This document shows positions 46,237 through 56,052 of a DNA stretch of 64,000 nucleotides, piece by piece (the stretch's first letter is position 1; each line of letters opens with the position of its first letter). The DNA comes from Candidatus Zixiibacteriota bacterium (GTDB taxonomy: Bacteria > Desulfobacterota > Binatia > UBA9968), in NCBI GenBank assembly GCA_035574315.1, contig DATLYW010000015.1, forward strand, positions 20,828 through 84,827. Direction: 5' to 3'. The position numbers and the translations under genes are program-made. Under the pieces are notes generated by a model. It ran no database searches. It was given only the letters and a program-made list of their open reading frames with translations, and was not told the origin of the DNA.

Positions 46237-47670
46237 ATGACTGCGGACACGAACGCATTCGCCAAGGTTCCTCCCGAAATGAAAACCACGGCCGCCGCGG
46301 CGGCCTTCGTCGCCGCGGCCCGGCTGCGCGATGTCCCGTCCGAGGCGATTCGCATCGGCACGCGCTGCTTGCTCGACGGCCTGGCGCTCTTCGTCGCCGG
46401 ATCGGAGGAGCGCTCCGTGCAGATCCTCGCGGACGAGGCGGAGCATACCGGGGGCCGGCCGGAGGCGCTGTTGCTTCAGCGCGGCGCGGTGAGGGTCCCC
46501 GCGGCCGCCGCCGCGCGCGTTCTCGGCACGGCGGGCCACGCGCACGACTGGGACGACAGTCAGGTGAGCCGCGACCCGGCGCACGTCTACGGGCTGCTCA
46601 CGCATCCGACGATCCCGCCGCTTTCGGCCGCGCTCGCGGCGGCCCAGAGAGCCGGACGCGTCGACGGCGAGACTTTCGTGCTCGGGTTTCTGGTCGGCTT
46701 CGAGGTGGAGTGCAAGATCTCCGAATGGATGCTGCCGCAGCACTACGCCCGCGGGATGCACTCGAGCGGGACCGTCGGGACCTTTGGCGCCTACGCCGCC
46801 GCGGCAAAGATTCTCGGTCTTTCGGGGGAGCAGCTCCGCAGGGGCTTCGGCATCGCGGCGAGCCTGGCGGCCGGCATCCGCTGCAATTTCGGCACCATGA
46901 CCAAGCCGCTGCACGTCGGACGCGCCGCGGAAAACGGCGTCACGGCGGCGTTGCTCGCCGCGCGCGGCTTCACCGCCGACCCCGACGCGCTCGACGGGCC
47001 GTGGGGCTTTTTCGCCGTCCACGGCGGGGGCGTGAGCGCCGAAAAGATTTCCCAGGGCTTCGGCCGAACCTGGTCGATCGTCGATCTCGGGGTCTCGATC
47101 AAGCCCTATCCGTGCGGCGTGCTGACGCACCCGACCATCGACCTGATGCTCAGGCTGGTGACCGAGCACGACGTGAAGCCCGAAGAGATCGAGAGCGTGA
47201 AAGTCTACGCCGGCACGAACATCCTCAAGCCGATCCGCTACCCGGTGGCGGCCGATCATCTCCAGGCCAAGTTCTCGCTCCCCGCGGCGCTCGCCATGAT
47301 CGCCCTGGCGCGCCGGGCGGGCAAGCGGGAATTCTCCGACGCGTTCGTGGGCAGCCCTCCGATGCAGGCGATGCAGCGGCGGATCTCGACCGAGTTCGAT
47401 CCGGCGATCGAGGCCCTCGGCTTCGACAAGATGCGCTCGCGGATCGTCATCCGCCTGCGGGACGGGCGGACCCTCGAGGGTCGGGCCGACGAGCGCTACC
47501 GCGGCGGGCCCGACAATCCCCTCTCGGACGCCGAGCTGGAGGAGAAGGTGCGCTCCTGCTGCGAAGGAGTGCTCGAAGAGAGACAGCAAACCGCCTTGAT
47601 CGAGGCGGCGCGGTCGGTAACGCGGCTTCCCGACGCCGCGAGGCTGATGGAGATCCTGAACGGGATCTGA
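46237..47670 (+). CDS. MmgE/PrpD family protein
   Basis: Start at MTADTN, giving 477 aa with PrpD blocks (GIRCNFGTMTKPLHVGRAAENG, IKPYPCGVLTHPTIDL). Confidence 0.85.
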   Translation: MTADTNAFAKVPPEMKTTAAAAAFVAAARLRDVPSEAIRIGTRCLLDGLALFVAGSEERSVQILADEAEHTGGRPEALLLQRGAVRVPAAAAARVLGTAGHAHDWDDSQVSRDPAHVYGLLTHPTIPPLSAALAAAQRAGRVDGETFVLGFLVGFEVECKISEWMLPQHYARGMHSSGTVGTFGAYAAAAKILGLSGEQLRRGFGIAASLAAGIRCNFGTMTKPLHVGRAAENGVTAALLAARGFTADPDALDGPWGFFAVHGGGVSAEKISQGFGRTWSIVDLGVSIKPYPCGVLTHPTIDLMLRLVTEHDVKPEEIESVKVYAGTNILKPIRYPVAADHLQAKFSLPAALAMIALARRAGKREFSDAFVGSPPMQAMQRRISTEFDPAIEALGFDKMRSRIVIRLRDGRTLEGRADERYRGGPDNPLSDAELEEKVRSCCEGVLEERQQTALIEAARSVTRLPDAARLMEILNGI

Positions 47671-47689
47671 GCTCCGGCTTTCCGCCGCC

Positions 47690-48746
47690 TCAGGGGCGAA
47701 AGACCGCGAAGACCTTGTCGGAGTTCGAGATCCACGACTCCAGGAAAACCGCTTCGTCGGGCTTGCGCCCCAGCTCGGCCATCGCTCCCGCCAGGCAGAA
47801 CCAGTTCAACAGCTCGTGGTGTCCGCGGTCTTCGGCCTCCTCGATCGTGGCCGTGCGCCAGATCTCCCAATCGCCGCGGCTGAAGGCTTCGAAGAACCTG
47901 CGGTCCGATTCCACGTCCGGATACATGCGGGCGTGCTTCGCCGTAAGAAACGAGTGCGACCAGCTCGAAGAGGCGATCAGCGCGACCCTCCACGGGCTCT
48001 GCGCGAGCGCGCGGGCGACCGCGCCGCCGAGCTGAAAGCAGCGCCACGGCTGCGGCCCCGGCGGGTCTTCCTCTCCCTCGGCCAGGCTTCGTCCCTTCGA
48101 CGGCGTCGGGGGAACGCCCTGCGTGCCGGTGAGGTGCCGCCCGTAGCTGTTGACCGTGAAAGGTACGACCGGGTAAGGGAACCCGGCCCGGTCCCAGTCG
48201 AGGTAGAGGACCGAGTTGACGAAGGCGTGGCCCAACGGAGCGTGGAGCGGCCTGTAAGCGTAGGCGACATCGAAGCCTTCGTTGATCAGCGCCGTGGCCA
48301 GGCTCTTCGCCCCGGCCCGGTGGCCCCGGATGGTGAAAGTTTTATCCTTCGGCTCGTTCCACGAGTTCACGCCGCGCGTATCGTGGAGCCACGGCTGAAC
48401 CTCGACGCTGTCGTAGGCGAGAACGGCGAACGGCGGAACGCAGTCCTCGCGCCAGTTCTCGAACTGATCGTCCCCCCAGATCAAGCAGAAATCGGGTCGG
48501 AACTCGTCGAGCGCGCGGCGCGCGCGGCGAAAGCCGTCGACCATATCCCGACGGTGCGCGTCCGAATGCGCCTGCCCTTCGTCCGATCCCCACTGCCGGC
48601 GCATCGGCTCCGGCCAGTTGGCCGCCGAGCGCAGCCGCTCGGGGAGCGCCGGGTCGGAGAGGCAGACCTTGATGCGCCGGGTGATGTTTCCCTGGACCGA
48701 AAGACCCGGATAGTGCGTGATGCCAAGCCCGAGGATCTGTCCCATG
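47690..48746 (-). CDS. class III extradiol ring-cleavage dioxygenase (LigB/DODA-type catalytic subunit)
   Basis: Start at MGQILGLGITHYPGL, giving 351 aa with the LigB-type pattern (GITHYP...FDVAYAY...SSSWSHSF). The track merges it into a 1088-aa artefactual ORF. Confidence 0.75.
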
Positions 48747-48774
48747 CAGTCCTCCTTGCGGGCTCGAAGCTCAC

Positions 48775-49812
48775 CTAACGGCTTCCGTAGAGCTCTTTGA
48801 TGAAGCCGCTGTTTTCGAGCTCGCTCAAAAAGCGATTGTCGTAAAAATCCCTTGGGTTGGCCGAAGCGGCCTTCGGATGATCCGTGACGGAGAGAGCCGC
48901 CCGGATCACCTCGTCGGTGGCGTAGGGAACCCGCGGGAACAGCGGGGCGAAGCTGCGGTAGGCCTCCTCGATCACCTCCTGATCCCGGGTCGCCAGATAT
49001 CTTCCCATGGCGCGCTTCGCGAGCTCGGGCTGCTCGACAGCGATCTTGATGCCCGCGACGTAGGCCTTGACGAACGCCCGCACCAGGTTCTGGTCCTGCT
49101 GGACCACGGACCGCTTGATGGCGAGACCCGAGAACGGGTACGGGATCTTGAGCGAGCCGATGTTGACCAGCTCCTTGAACCCGAGCCGCCGCGCCATCAG
49201 GGTCGTGGGGGCGGAATGAACCGCGGCGGACACGATCCCTTGCTTGAGCGCGGCGAGCGCGTCTTCCTGGCGCGAGAAATAGAGAACCTTGAGGTCTTGT
49301 TGCGTCATCCTGTACTGGCGCAACAGCGCGATCGACGCGTGATCCGACGATGCGCCCTTGGTGATCACCGCCATCACCTTGCCGCGCAGATCGGGCACGT
49401 CCTTGATTTCCGGCCTCGCGTAGAGGGAAAAGGCGAAGGTCGGCACCGGGATCGCTATGTAGGTCAGGTCGGCGCCGCTCAGCATGGCGTTCACCGCAGC
49501 GCCCCCGGTCATCGCGGCGTCGATCGATCCGGAAATGAGCGATTGCGTAAGCCGCACGCCGCCGGGGATGTAGACCGGTTTGAGGTCGACCCCGTACTGC
49601 CGGTCGACCCTGGCCTCGGGCAACACCCAGAGCGGCGCCTGCCCGCCGTTGAGCTGCGGATAGCCGACCCGCACCGTGAAGCTGCTCGCAGCAGCGTGCG
49701 TGCGCGGCTCCGGCAGCGCCAGCGTGACGGCGATCCCTGCAACGATCGCCGCGAGCGCTCGAAACAGGCCGTGAAGAGAACGAAAACGTCCGTTGGAGCT
49801 CATGATGCTCAA
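48775..49812 (-). CDS. ABC transporter substrate-binding protein, NMT1/SsuA-like
   Basis: 345 aa. Signal/anchor (ALAAIVAGIAVTLA), then the NMT1-type fold. Confidence 0.75.
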   Translation of the reverse strand: MSIMSSNGRFRSLHGLFRALAAIVAGIAVTLALPEPRTHAAASSFTVRVGYPQLNGGQAPLWVLPEARVDRQYGVDLKPVYIPGGVRLTQSLISGSIDAAMTGGAAVNAMLSGADLTYIAIPVPTFAFSLYARPEIKDVPDLRGKVMAVITKGASSDHASIALLRQYRMTQQDLKVLYFSRQEDALAALKQGIVSAAVHSAPTTLMARRLGFKELVNIGSLKIPYPFSGLAIKRSVVQQDQNLVRAFVKAYVAGIKIAVEQPELAKRAMGRYLATRDQEVIEEAYRSFAPLFPRVPYATDEVIRAALSVTDHPKAASANPRDFYDNRFLSELENSGFIKELYGSR

Positions 49813-49920
49813 CCTCGTTTCGAGCGAGAAATAGCGCAGGGTCGCTTCGATTACAATCCCCCGGAGCCGGAGGTAAAAGCAGGCAAGGGAGGTTCCGCCT
49901 GCAGGTGGCCGGCGGACGGC

Positions 49921-51213
49921 TCAGCGAAGCGAGCGCTGAATGATCGAGGCGATGCGCTCGACCTCTTCCAGGCCGACGTCCGGCTCGCACGGAAGCTCGA
50001 TCAGATCGGCCCAGACCTTCTCGGCGCGCGCAAGCCCGCCGCGGCCCCGGTGCGCATGGGAGTCGATCAGATGAATCGGCACGTAGCTCCCCTGCACCTC
50101 GAAACCAGCGTGGTTCAAGACCTCCACCAGCCGCGCCGCCGGATCGCGGTCGCGGCCCCGTGGCGCCACGCGAACCACCTGGGTCAGGCACGCGGAACCG
50201 CCGCGATGCGGAATCAGCTGCACGCGCTCGTGCTTCCCGAGCAACTCGGCGTAGGCGCGAGCCCGCTCGCGGCGCGCCGCGATGTTCGTCTCGAGCGTCT
50301 CCAGGAGCGTGAGCGCGACCGCGGCCTCGACCTCCGCCATGGCCTCCCGGCGGTACGGCGACGGCGGCGCGGATGGCCCGTCTTGGTCCGCCCGCGAGGA
50401 CGCCCGCACGAGAGGAAAGGTCCAGCGACGCCAGTGCCGGCAGACGGCCGTCGAGAAAAACCTCGCTGCGGCTCTGAGGCACGAGGCTCGAGCCAGGTTT
50501 TCCCCGGGCCCGGCGGCGAAACCTCGCTGTTTCGCGATGACGACCCCGCCCCCCGCGCCGAAGCAGACCTTTTCGCTCCCGAAGCTCAGGATCCCCGCGT
50601 CTCCGAAGCCGCCCAGAGGACGTCCGTCCGCGGTCGCCCCGAGGGCTTGCGCCGCATCGTCGATCACCCGCAGCCCGCGCGCCCGCGCCAACTCCGTGAT
50701 CGCGCCGATCTCGGCCGGATTGCCGAAGAGGTGGGGAACGATGACGGCTTTCGTCCTCGGGCCGAGGGCCGCTTCCACAGTGCCCGCCGTGAGATTCAGC
50801 TCCTCGCCGACGTCGGCGAGGACCGGGCAGGCGCCGGCCGCCCGGATGGGCCGAAGCACGGCGGTACAGCAAAAGGCGGGAACGATCACTTCGTCGCCTT
50901 CGCCGACACCGCAGGCGCGCAGGGCCAGCTCGAGGGCGAGGCTTCCGGAGCCGCACAGAACCGCATCCTGAGCGCCCCAGCGCTCGCGCACGAGCGAGGC
51001 GAGCCGCGCCAGGCTGCGGCCACCGCCCACGGCGCCGGAAATCATCGCTCCCAGGGCGCGACGGTAAGTGGCGCCGTTCCAGTACGGGGTCGCAAGCGCG
51101 ACCCGAAGCGGGTAGCCCCTGCCCGGCAGGCGGCCCCAGCCGCGCTGCACGACCTCGGTAAGCCCGATCGCTTCGGAGCGGAGAGGGACCGCCTGAGGTC
51201 GAAGGTCTTTCAT
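49921..51213 (-). CDS. DegT/DnrJ/EryC1/StrS-family PLP-dependent aminotransferase
   Basis: 430 aa (DAVLCGSGSLALELALRA...EVIVPAFCCTA...GDAGILSFGSEKVCFGAGGG), the DegT-type fold with its Lys region. Confidence 0.8.
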   Translation of the reverse strand: MKDLRPQAVPLRSEAIGLTEVVQRGWGRLPGRGYPLRVALATPYWNGATYRRALGAMISGAVGGGRSLARLASLVRERWGAQDAVLCGSGSLALELALRACGVGEGDEVIVPAFCCTAVLRPIRAAGACPVLADVGEELNLTAGTVEAALGPRTKAVIVPHLFGNPAEIGAITELARARGLRVIDDAAQALGATADGRPLGGFGDAGILSFGSEKVCFGAGGGVVIAKQRGFAAGPGENLARASCLRAAARFFSTAVCRHWRRWTFPLVRASSRADQDGPSAPPSPYRREAMAEVEAAVALTLLETLETNIAARRERARAYAELLGKHERVQLIPHRGGSACLTQVVRVAPRGRDRDPAARLVEVLNHAGFEVQGSYVPIHLIDSHAHRGRGGLARAEKVWADLIELPCEPDVGLEEVERIASIIQRSLR

Positions 51214-51293
51214 CGTTCGAGCGCGGGGGTCCGAGGGACGACTTTTTTCTTCCTCGGACTGGAATGATTCTAAAAAACCTCTACAATGGGGCC

Positions 51294-51461
51294 ATGAGCG
51301 ACGACCTCGCCGAAAAGAAGCCGGCCGACGAGAGCACCGTTGCGCCCTGTCCGTGCAGGCACCCCAGCCACGGCCCCAAGGGTTGCGAGAACTTCACCGA
51401 GGCTGACGAAGAGGTCTGCTCGGACTGCGAAGAGCACGCGCCCTATACCGACGCGGTCTGA
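51294..51461 (+). CDS. hypothetical small Cys-rich acidic protein
   Basis: 55 aa (MSDDLAEKKPADESTVAPCPCRHPSHGPKGCENFTEADEEVCSDCEEHAPYTDAV). A TACAAT inside an AT-rich stretch lies immediately upstream (51279-51284). Weak support. The alternative start is 51264. Confidence 0.3.
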   Translation: MSDDLAEKKPADESTVAPCPCRHPSHGPKGCENFTEADEEVCSDCEEHAPYTDAV

Positions 51462-51467
51462 GCCCGC

Positions 51468-52343
51468 TCACCGCTCGATCACCCTCTCGACCAACGTTTC
51501 CGGCGCAATCCCCGCCGCCCGCGTGTCTTGCAATGCCACTTCCTGCAGGATCGAACGGATCGAGCCCGAAGAAACGGCGAGGTCGGGCTCGAAGCGCTCG
51601 GCGAACAGCTCGCAGCATTTCTCCAGAACCGCTCGGCGGCCGGCCAGGGGCGGCAGCCTGCGGCCGATCTCGCCGAGCGCCGCCTCGCGCTCTTTCCTGA
51701 ACAGCTTGACGCTCTCGGCATAGACCAGCGCCACCCTACGGACGAGGTCCTGGTTGGCCGCGAGAAATCGGCGTGTGGTCGCGAGGGGAACCCAGTGGCA
51801 GTCGAGCCCCAGGCTGTCGGCTATCACGCGAAAACCCTCCTCCTCGGCCGCAAACGCCTTTTCCGGCGGCAGCAGCGCGGCATCGATCTCCCCGCCCTGG
51901 AGCGCGTCCAGGCTTCGGTCGTTGAGGCCGAGGTCCACCAGTCGAAGATCCTTCCCGGCATCCAGGCCCCACCTCCGCAGCAGCGCAAGCATCATCATCC
52001 CCGCCATGCGCCGCGGCTGGTTGATGCCGACCTTCCTGCCCCGAAGCTCCTCCACGCCGGCGACCGTCGGGGCCGCAGCGAGAAAGAAAGCCGGACGGTT
52101 CAGAATACCGCCGACGATCACGAGGTCGTTTCCTTCCAGCAGCGAGAACACGAGCGACGGAGCGTTCGGCGTGCCCACCGGCGTCCTTCCCGCGGCGATG
52201 TCCTCGACGACCTTTTCCTCGTCCTGCTGGTTGACGATCTCGACCGAGATCCCGTGTCTTTCGAACAACCCAGCCGCCTGTCCGACGAACGGAAGAAAGC
52301 GCCCGATGCTTGAAACTCCGATGCCGATCTTGACGCAATCCAT
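51468..52343 (-). CDS. NMT1-like substrate-binding-fold protein without a signal peptide
   Basis: Start at MDCVKIGIGVSS, giving 291 aa with an NMT1-like fold and no signal peptide. The longer track ORF adds an Arg-rich extension. Confidence 0.6.
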   Translation of the reverse strand: MDCVKIGIGVSSIGRFLPFVGQAAGLFERHGISVEIVNQQDEEKVVEDIAAGRTPVGTPNAPSLVFSLLEGNDLVIVGGILNRPAFFLAAAPTVAGVEELRGRKVGINQPRRMAGMMMLALLRRWGLDAGKDLRLVDLGLNDRSLDALQGGEIDAALLPPEKAFAAEEEGFRVIADSLGLDCHWVPLATTRRFLAANQDLVRRVALVYAESVKLFRKEREAALGEIGRRLPPLAGRRAVLEKCCELFAERFEPDLAVSSGSIRSILQEVALQDTRAAGIAPETLVERVIER

Positions 52344-52431
52344 GTCTTTCGTCTTTCGTTTCTGGTTTTTTACCTTGAACCTTTGAACTTTTGAACTATT
52401 GAACCGCCGCGGAGCGGCCCGACCGCCGCGG

Positions 52432-53409
52432 TTACGGCTTCCAGCCGCGCGCCTCGAGGTCCCGATTCGCCCTGCGCGCAAAGCTCAGGTCGAAGACGTC
52501 CGCAACCTTGATCTCGCGTTGGACGCGGGTGGTCTTTTTCATGGAGTCGATCATCGCCTGGAGGACGCCGTCGTCGGTTACGCCTTCACGCAGGAGCAGC
52601 TTCGACTGCGTGTCGTAGATCGCCGCCGCAAGGCTTCGATCCGTCATTCTCAGGGCGCCCATCATCGTCTCGATCGCCGGCCCTCGCCGCGACGCGAAAA
52701 GCCTCACCCCTTTGAGCGTTCCCCGGATGAACCGCAGGATCCGATCCGGATGCTGGCGGATCCGCTCGTCGGTGGTGACGAGCCCGCCTTCGATGAGATT
52801 GGCGTAATCGCCCGCGGAGGCGAGCTTGCTGAAGCCCTCCTTCTGGGCTCTGAGGCTCATGCTGGCGTTGAACAGGGTCGCCTGGATCGAACCGGCCTGA
52901 AGCGCCGGGTAGCGCACGGAGTCTCCTCCCATGACGACGAGGTTCACGTCCTTCGCGGGATCGATGCCGTTCTTCCGGAGCATCTCCCGCGCCACCACGG
53001 CGAGCGACCCTTCCGGCGACATGATGCCGATGTTCTTGCCGCGAAGCTGCGCGATCGATTTGATCTCGGGCAGCGCGATGAGATCCCAGCCCGGCTTGTC
53101 CTGGAGCACCGTCACGATCTTCACCGGGACCGACCGCACGGCCGCCGCCAGGCCGCTGCCGGCGTTGGTGAAGAAGTCGATCTCCCCGGCCAGCGCCGTC
53201 CTGATCGCGATCTCGCCGCGAATGCTGAGGAGTTGAAGGTCGATTCCTTCTTCCTTCAGATAGCCTTCCTTCTGCGCGAGCAGCAGGGAGAAAACAGAGG
53301 TGTTCATCGAAGGATAGGCCACGCGGACCATCTCCGCGGCCGAGGAGACCCGTGCGCAAAGGACGATCCCGGCCAGGCACGCGAGCCGGGCGGCTCTTCC
53401 GTATCTCAT
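52432..53409 (-). CDS. ABC transporter substrate-binding protein, NMT1/SsuA-like
   Basis: Start at MRYGRAARLACLAGIVLCARVSSAAE (signal peptide), giving 325 aa with the NMT1-type fold. Confidence 0.75.
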   Translation of the reverse strand: MRYGRAARLACLAGIVLCARVSSAAEMVRVAYPSMNTSVFSLLLAQKEGYLKEEGIDLQLLSIRGEIAIRTALAGEIDFFTNAGSGLAAAVRSVPVKIVTVLQDKPGWDLIALPEIKSIAQLRGKNIGIMSPEGSLAVVAREMLRKNGIDPAKDVNLVVMGGDSVRYPALQAGSIQATLFNASMSLRAQKEGFSKLASAGDYANLIEGGLVTTDERIRQHPDRILRFIRGTLKGVRLFASRRGPAIETMMGALRMTDRSLAAAIYDTQSKLLLREGVTDDGVLQAMIDSMKKTTRVQREIKVADVFDLSFARRANRDLEARGWKP

Positions 53410-53485
53410 GGCTACCCCCTTTCTCGCCTCGCAATCGCGAGGCGGCTCCATCGACGCTTTGCTTCCGCCGCAGATCTTTGCCCGC

Positions 53486-54559
53486 TCAATTCGCCTCGCG
53501 GCGGGCCTCGCGCTCCTCGGCGGCGTAACGGATCAGCGCCGCGTAGCGGTAGACGGCGTGCGCGAATTTACCGTAGGGCAAGGTCAGAAAGAAGCCGGCC
53601 ACCGCTCCCAGGTGGATCGCGAGCAGCGTACCCATCGCCGGAGTCTCACGAAACGCGAGCAGCGCCATTCCCGTCACGCTGGTCAAAAACAACAGCACCA
53701 GGAACGCCACGTCCATGTCGACCATCGGCCGATCCGACGGCTCCGGGTCGCTTTTCCATTTGAGGTAGAGGAGCCCCGCGGTTCCGATCATGAGCCCCAC
53801 GCCGCCGGCTGTTCCCAGGACCACGGGCCAGCTCCAGAACGGGTAGGGAGCCTGCCAGCCGAGGAAGTGGTCGTAGAAGGCCGCCACGCTGGTCGAGGCG
53901 AAATCCAGGAGAAAGCCGTAGAACACCAGATGATGGAGCCAGCGCCTCGAGGCCGAAAAGCCGGCGCCGGGATAGTTGCATCCGGCTCCGCCGCCTCTCA
54001 GGTAAACGAGGCCGAGCGCGTCCCTTGCGGCACACAGGAAGGCCGCGGGACCGACGCTGCCGCCCGGAGCGCCGGCCGTTTCGCGCCAGAAGCGAAGAGC
54101 ACCGGCGACGAGAACCGCCAGTCCGTAGATCGAGACCAGAAGCGGCGGCACGGTCATGGCAGCGTACGGCACCACGCGATAGAACGCGCCTTCGCCGAGA
54201 TGGGTCGCAAAGAGCGCCGCCGGTCCGGTGAAGACCAGGACGAAGACGGCGATCAGGGCCAGCGCCGACGCCGTTATCGCCGCGACCGCCCGGGCGTTGC
54301 GGTTGAAGAGCGGCGCGAAAGCGCCGGGCCAGGTAAACTCGCGGTAGGTCTCGCGCCGCAGCTCCGCCATGAGCTTGGGGATGTTGATCGCGAACTCGTG
54401 CGGCGGCGCGTACTGGCAGGCGTAGTAGCAGTCGCGACAGTCGAAACAGAGATTGGCGAGGTAGACGAGGTCCGCCTTGCCGAAGGTCCGGCGCAGCTCC
54501 ATCGCGGGGAAGACCGCGCAGTATCCCTCGCAGTAGCGGCACGCGTTGCAGATCGTCAT
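53486..54559 (-). CDS. tcuB: TcuB-like iron-sulfur membrane protein (tricarballylate utilization protein B family)
   Basis: Start at MTICNACRYCEGYCAVFPAMELRRTF (the diagnostic TcuB N-terminus), then CFDCRDCYYACQYAPPHEF and multiple transmembrane helices. Confidence 0.85.
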   Translation of the reverse strand: MTICNACRYCEGYCAVFPAMELRRTFGKADLVYLANLCFDCRDCYYACQYAPPHEFAINIPKLMAELRRETYREFTWPGAFAPLFNRNARAVAAITASALALIAVFVLVFTGPAALFATHLGEGAFYRVVPYAAMTVPPLLVSIYGLAVLVAGALRFWRETAGAPGGSVGPAAFLCAARDALGLVYLRGGGAGCNYPGAGFSASRRWLHHLVFYGFLLDFASTSVAAFYDHFLGWQAPYPFWSWPVVLGTAGGVGLMIGTAGLLYLKWKSDPEPSDRPMVDMDVAFLVLLFLTSVTGMALLAFRETPAMGTLLAIHLGAVAGFFLTLPYGKFAHAVYRYAALIRYAAEEREARREAN

Positions 54560-54584
54560 CTGCCGCGCGCCCTCCTTGACGAGA

Positions 54585-55982
54585 TCAGCTTGCGGCACAG
54601 CGCGCCGCCTCCTGCCCGGCGATGCGGCCGAAGACCGCGCCAATGGTGAGTCCGAACCCGGCGAGATACCCCTGGGTGAGAATGTTGCCCGCCATCACCT
54701 CACCGGCCGCAAAGACGTTTTGCGCGGGACGCTCGTCCTGGAAGATCACCCGGGCCCGCTCGTCCACGGCGACCCCCAGGTAGGTGAACGTTATTCCCGG
54801 CCGAAGCGGATAGCCGTAAAACGGAGGGGTGTCGATCGGCCGGGCCCAGTGGCTTTTTGGCGGCTCGAGGCCTTCAGTCCGGCAGTCGTCGAGGACCGCC
54901 GGGTTGAACGTGCCCGGCCGAACCGCACGATTGTACCGTTCGACCACGGCGGTGAGCTTCTCCGGATCGAGAGCGAGCGCGGCGGCGAGCTCAGGGATCG
55001 AGCCGGCCTCGACCGGAGGAAACACCGACGGCATGAAGCACGGAAGCGCCTTGGCGTCGAGAATCGAGTACGCGATCTGGTCCGGCTGGCGCGCGATCAG
55101 CCCGCCCCAGATCGCGTAACGCTTCGGCCAGAAGTCCTCACCCTCGTCGTAGAAGCGCTCGACCTTGTTGTTGACGACGATTCCGAACGGCACGCTGTCG
55201 AGACGCGTGACGATGCCGCCGTCGAATTTGGGCGCGCGCGCGTCCAGCGCCACCGCGTGGCAGCCGCGGGGATTCCCCGTCGGCTTCGCGCCGCAGCGCA
55301 GGAGCTCTTTCAGCATCCGTCCCTGGTTGTATGGCGTGCCCCGAATCACGAAGTTTTCCGCCGCCTCGCCCCAGTACTCCTTGAGCCAGGAGATGTTCGC
55401 CTCGAAGCCGCCGGCGGCGACGACCAGGGCTCTGGCCCGGAACTCCTCCGCCGCGCCGCCGCGCGCCGCCACGAAGCGGCCGTCGCGGATGTCCAGCTCG
55501 CGGACCTCGCACTGGTAGGCCACCTTCACGCCGAGCGCGAGCGCGGTCTCGTAGTAGGCGTTGACCATCGCCTTGCCGCCGCCGAGCATGAAGAGGTTGG
55601 TACGCGCGAGATGGAGCGTGCCGCGAAGCGGCTTTTGCCAGCGAACCCCTTGAGTCTGCATCCACGACGCGAGGTCCTCGGAAGACCGAATCACCTGGAG
55701 TGCCAGGCGCTCGTTGGTGTCGCCGCCGGTGACCTGCCTGAGATCCTCCCAGAACTCCGCCTCGGGATAGCTCCCGGTGACGTACTCGGTCGCCCCGCGG
55801 TGCATGTACCGGATATCGCGCGTGTGCCGGCTGTTGCCGCCGCGCAGGTGCTTCGTCGCGCTTTCGAGCAGGAGCACGCGCGCGCCGGCGCGCCGTGCCG
55901 TGATCGCCGCGCACAACCCGGCGTTACCGCCGCCGATGACCAGTACGTCCACGGCTGAAGCTTCTAAGGAGTCCATCGGCAT
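54585..55982 (-). CDS. tcuA: TcuA-like FAD-dependent dehydrogenase (tricarballylate dehydrogenase family)
   Basis: Start near MPMDSLEASAVDVLVIGGGNAGLCAAI (an FAD GxGxxG site). TcuA-like throughout. The longer ORF start at 56060 would overlap the upstream permease and was rejected. Confidence 0.85.
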   Translation of the reverse strand: MPMDSLEASAVDVLVIGGGNAGLCAAITARRAGARVLLLESATKHLRGGNSRHTRDIRYMHRGATEYVTGSYPEAEFWEDLRQVTGGDTNERLALQVIRSSEDLASWMQTQGVRWQKPLRGTLHLARTNLFMLGGGKAMVNAYYETALALGVKVAYQCEVRELDIRDGRFVAARGGAAEEFRARALVVAAGGFEANISWLKEYWGEAAENFVIRGTPYNQGRMLKELLRCGAKPTGNPRGCHAVALDARAPKFDGGIVTRLDSVPFGIVVNNKVERFYDEGEDFWPKRYAIWGGLIARQPDQIAYSILDAKALPCFMPSVFPPVEAGSIPELAAALALDPEKLTAVVERYNRAVRPGTFNPAVLDDCRTEGLEPPKSHWARPIDTPPFYGYPLRPGITFTYLGVAVDERARVIFQDERPAQNVFAAGEVMAGNILTQGYLAGFGLTIGAVFGRIAGQEAARCAAS

Positions 55983-56052
55983 GCGGGCATCGACCGAAAA
56001 GGGCGCCGCTTCGCGGCCGAGGCGCGGCGCGCCGAACCGTTTCCTTCCGATT

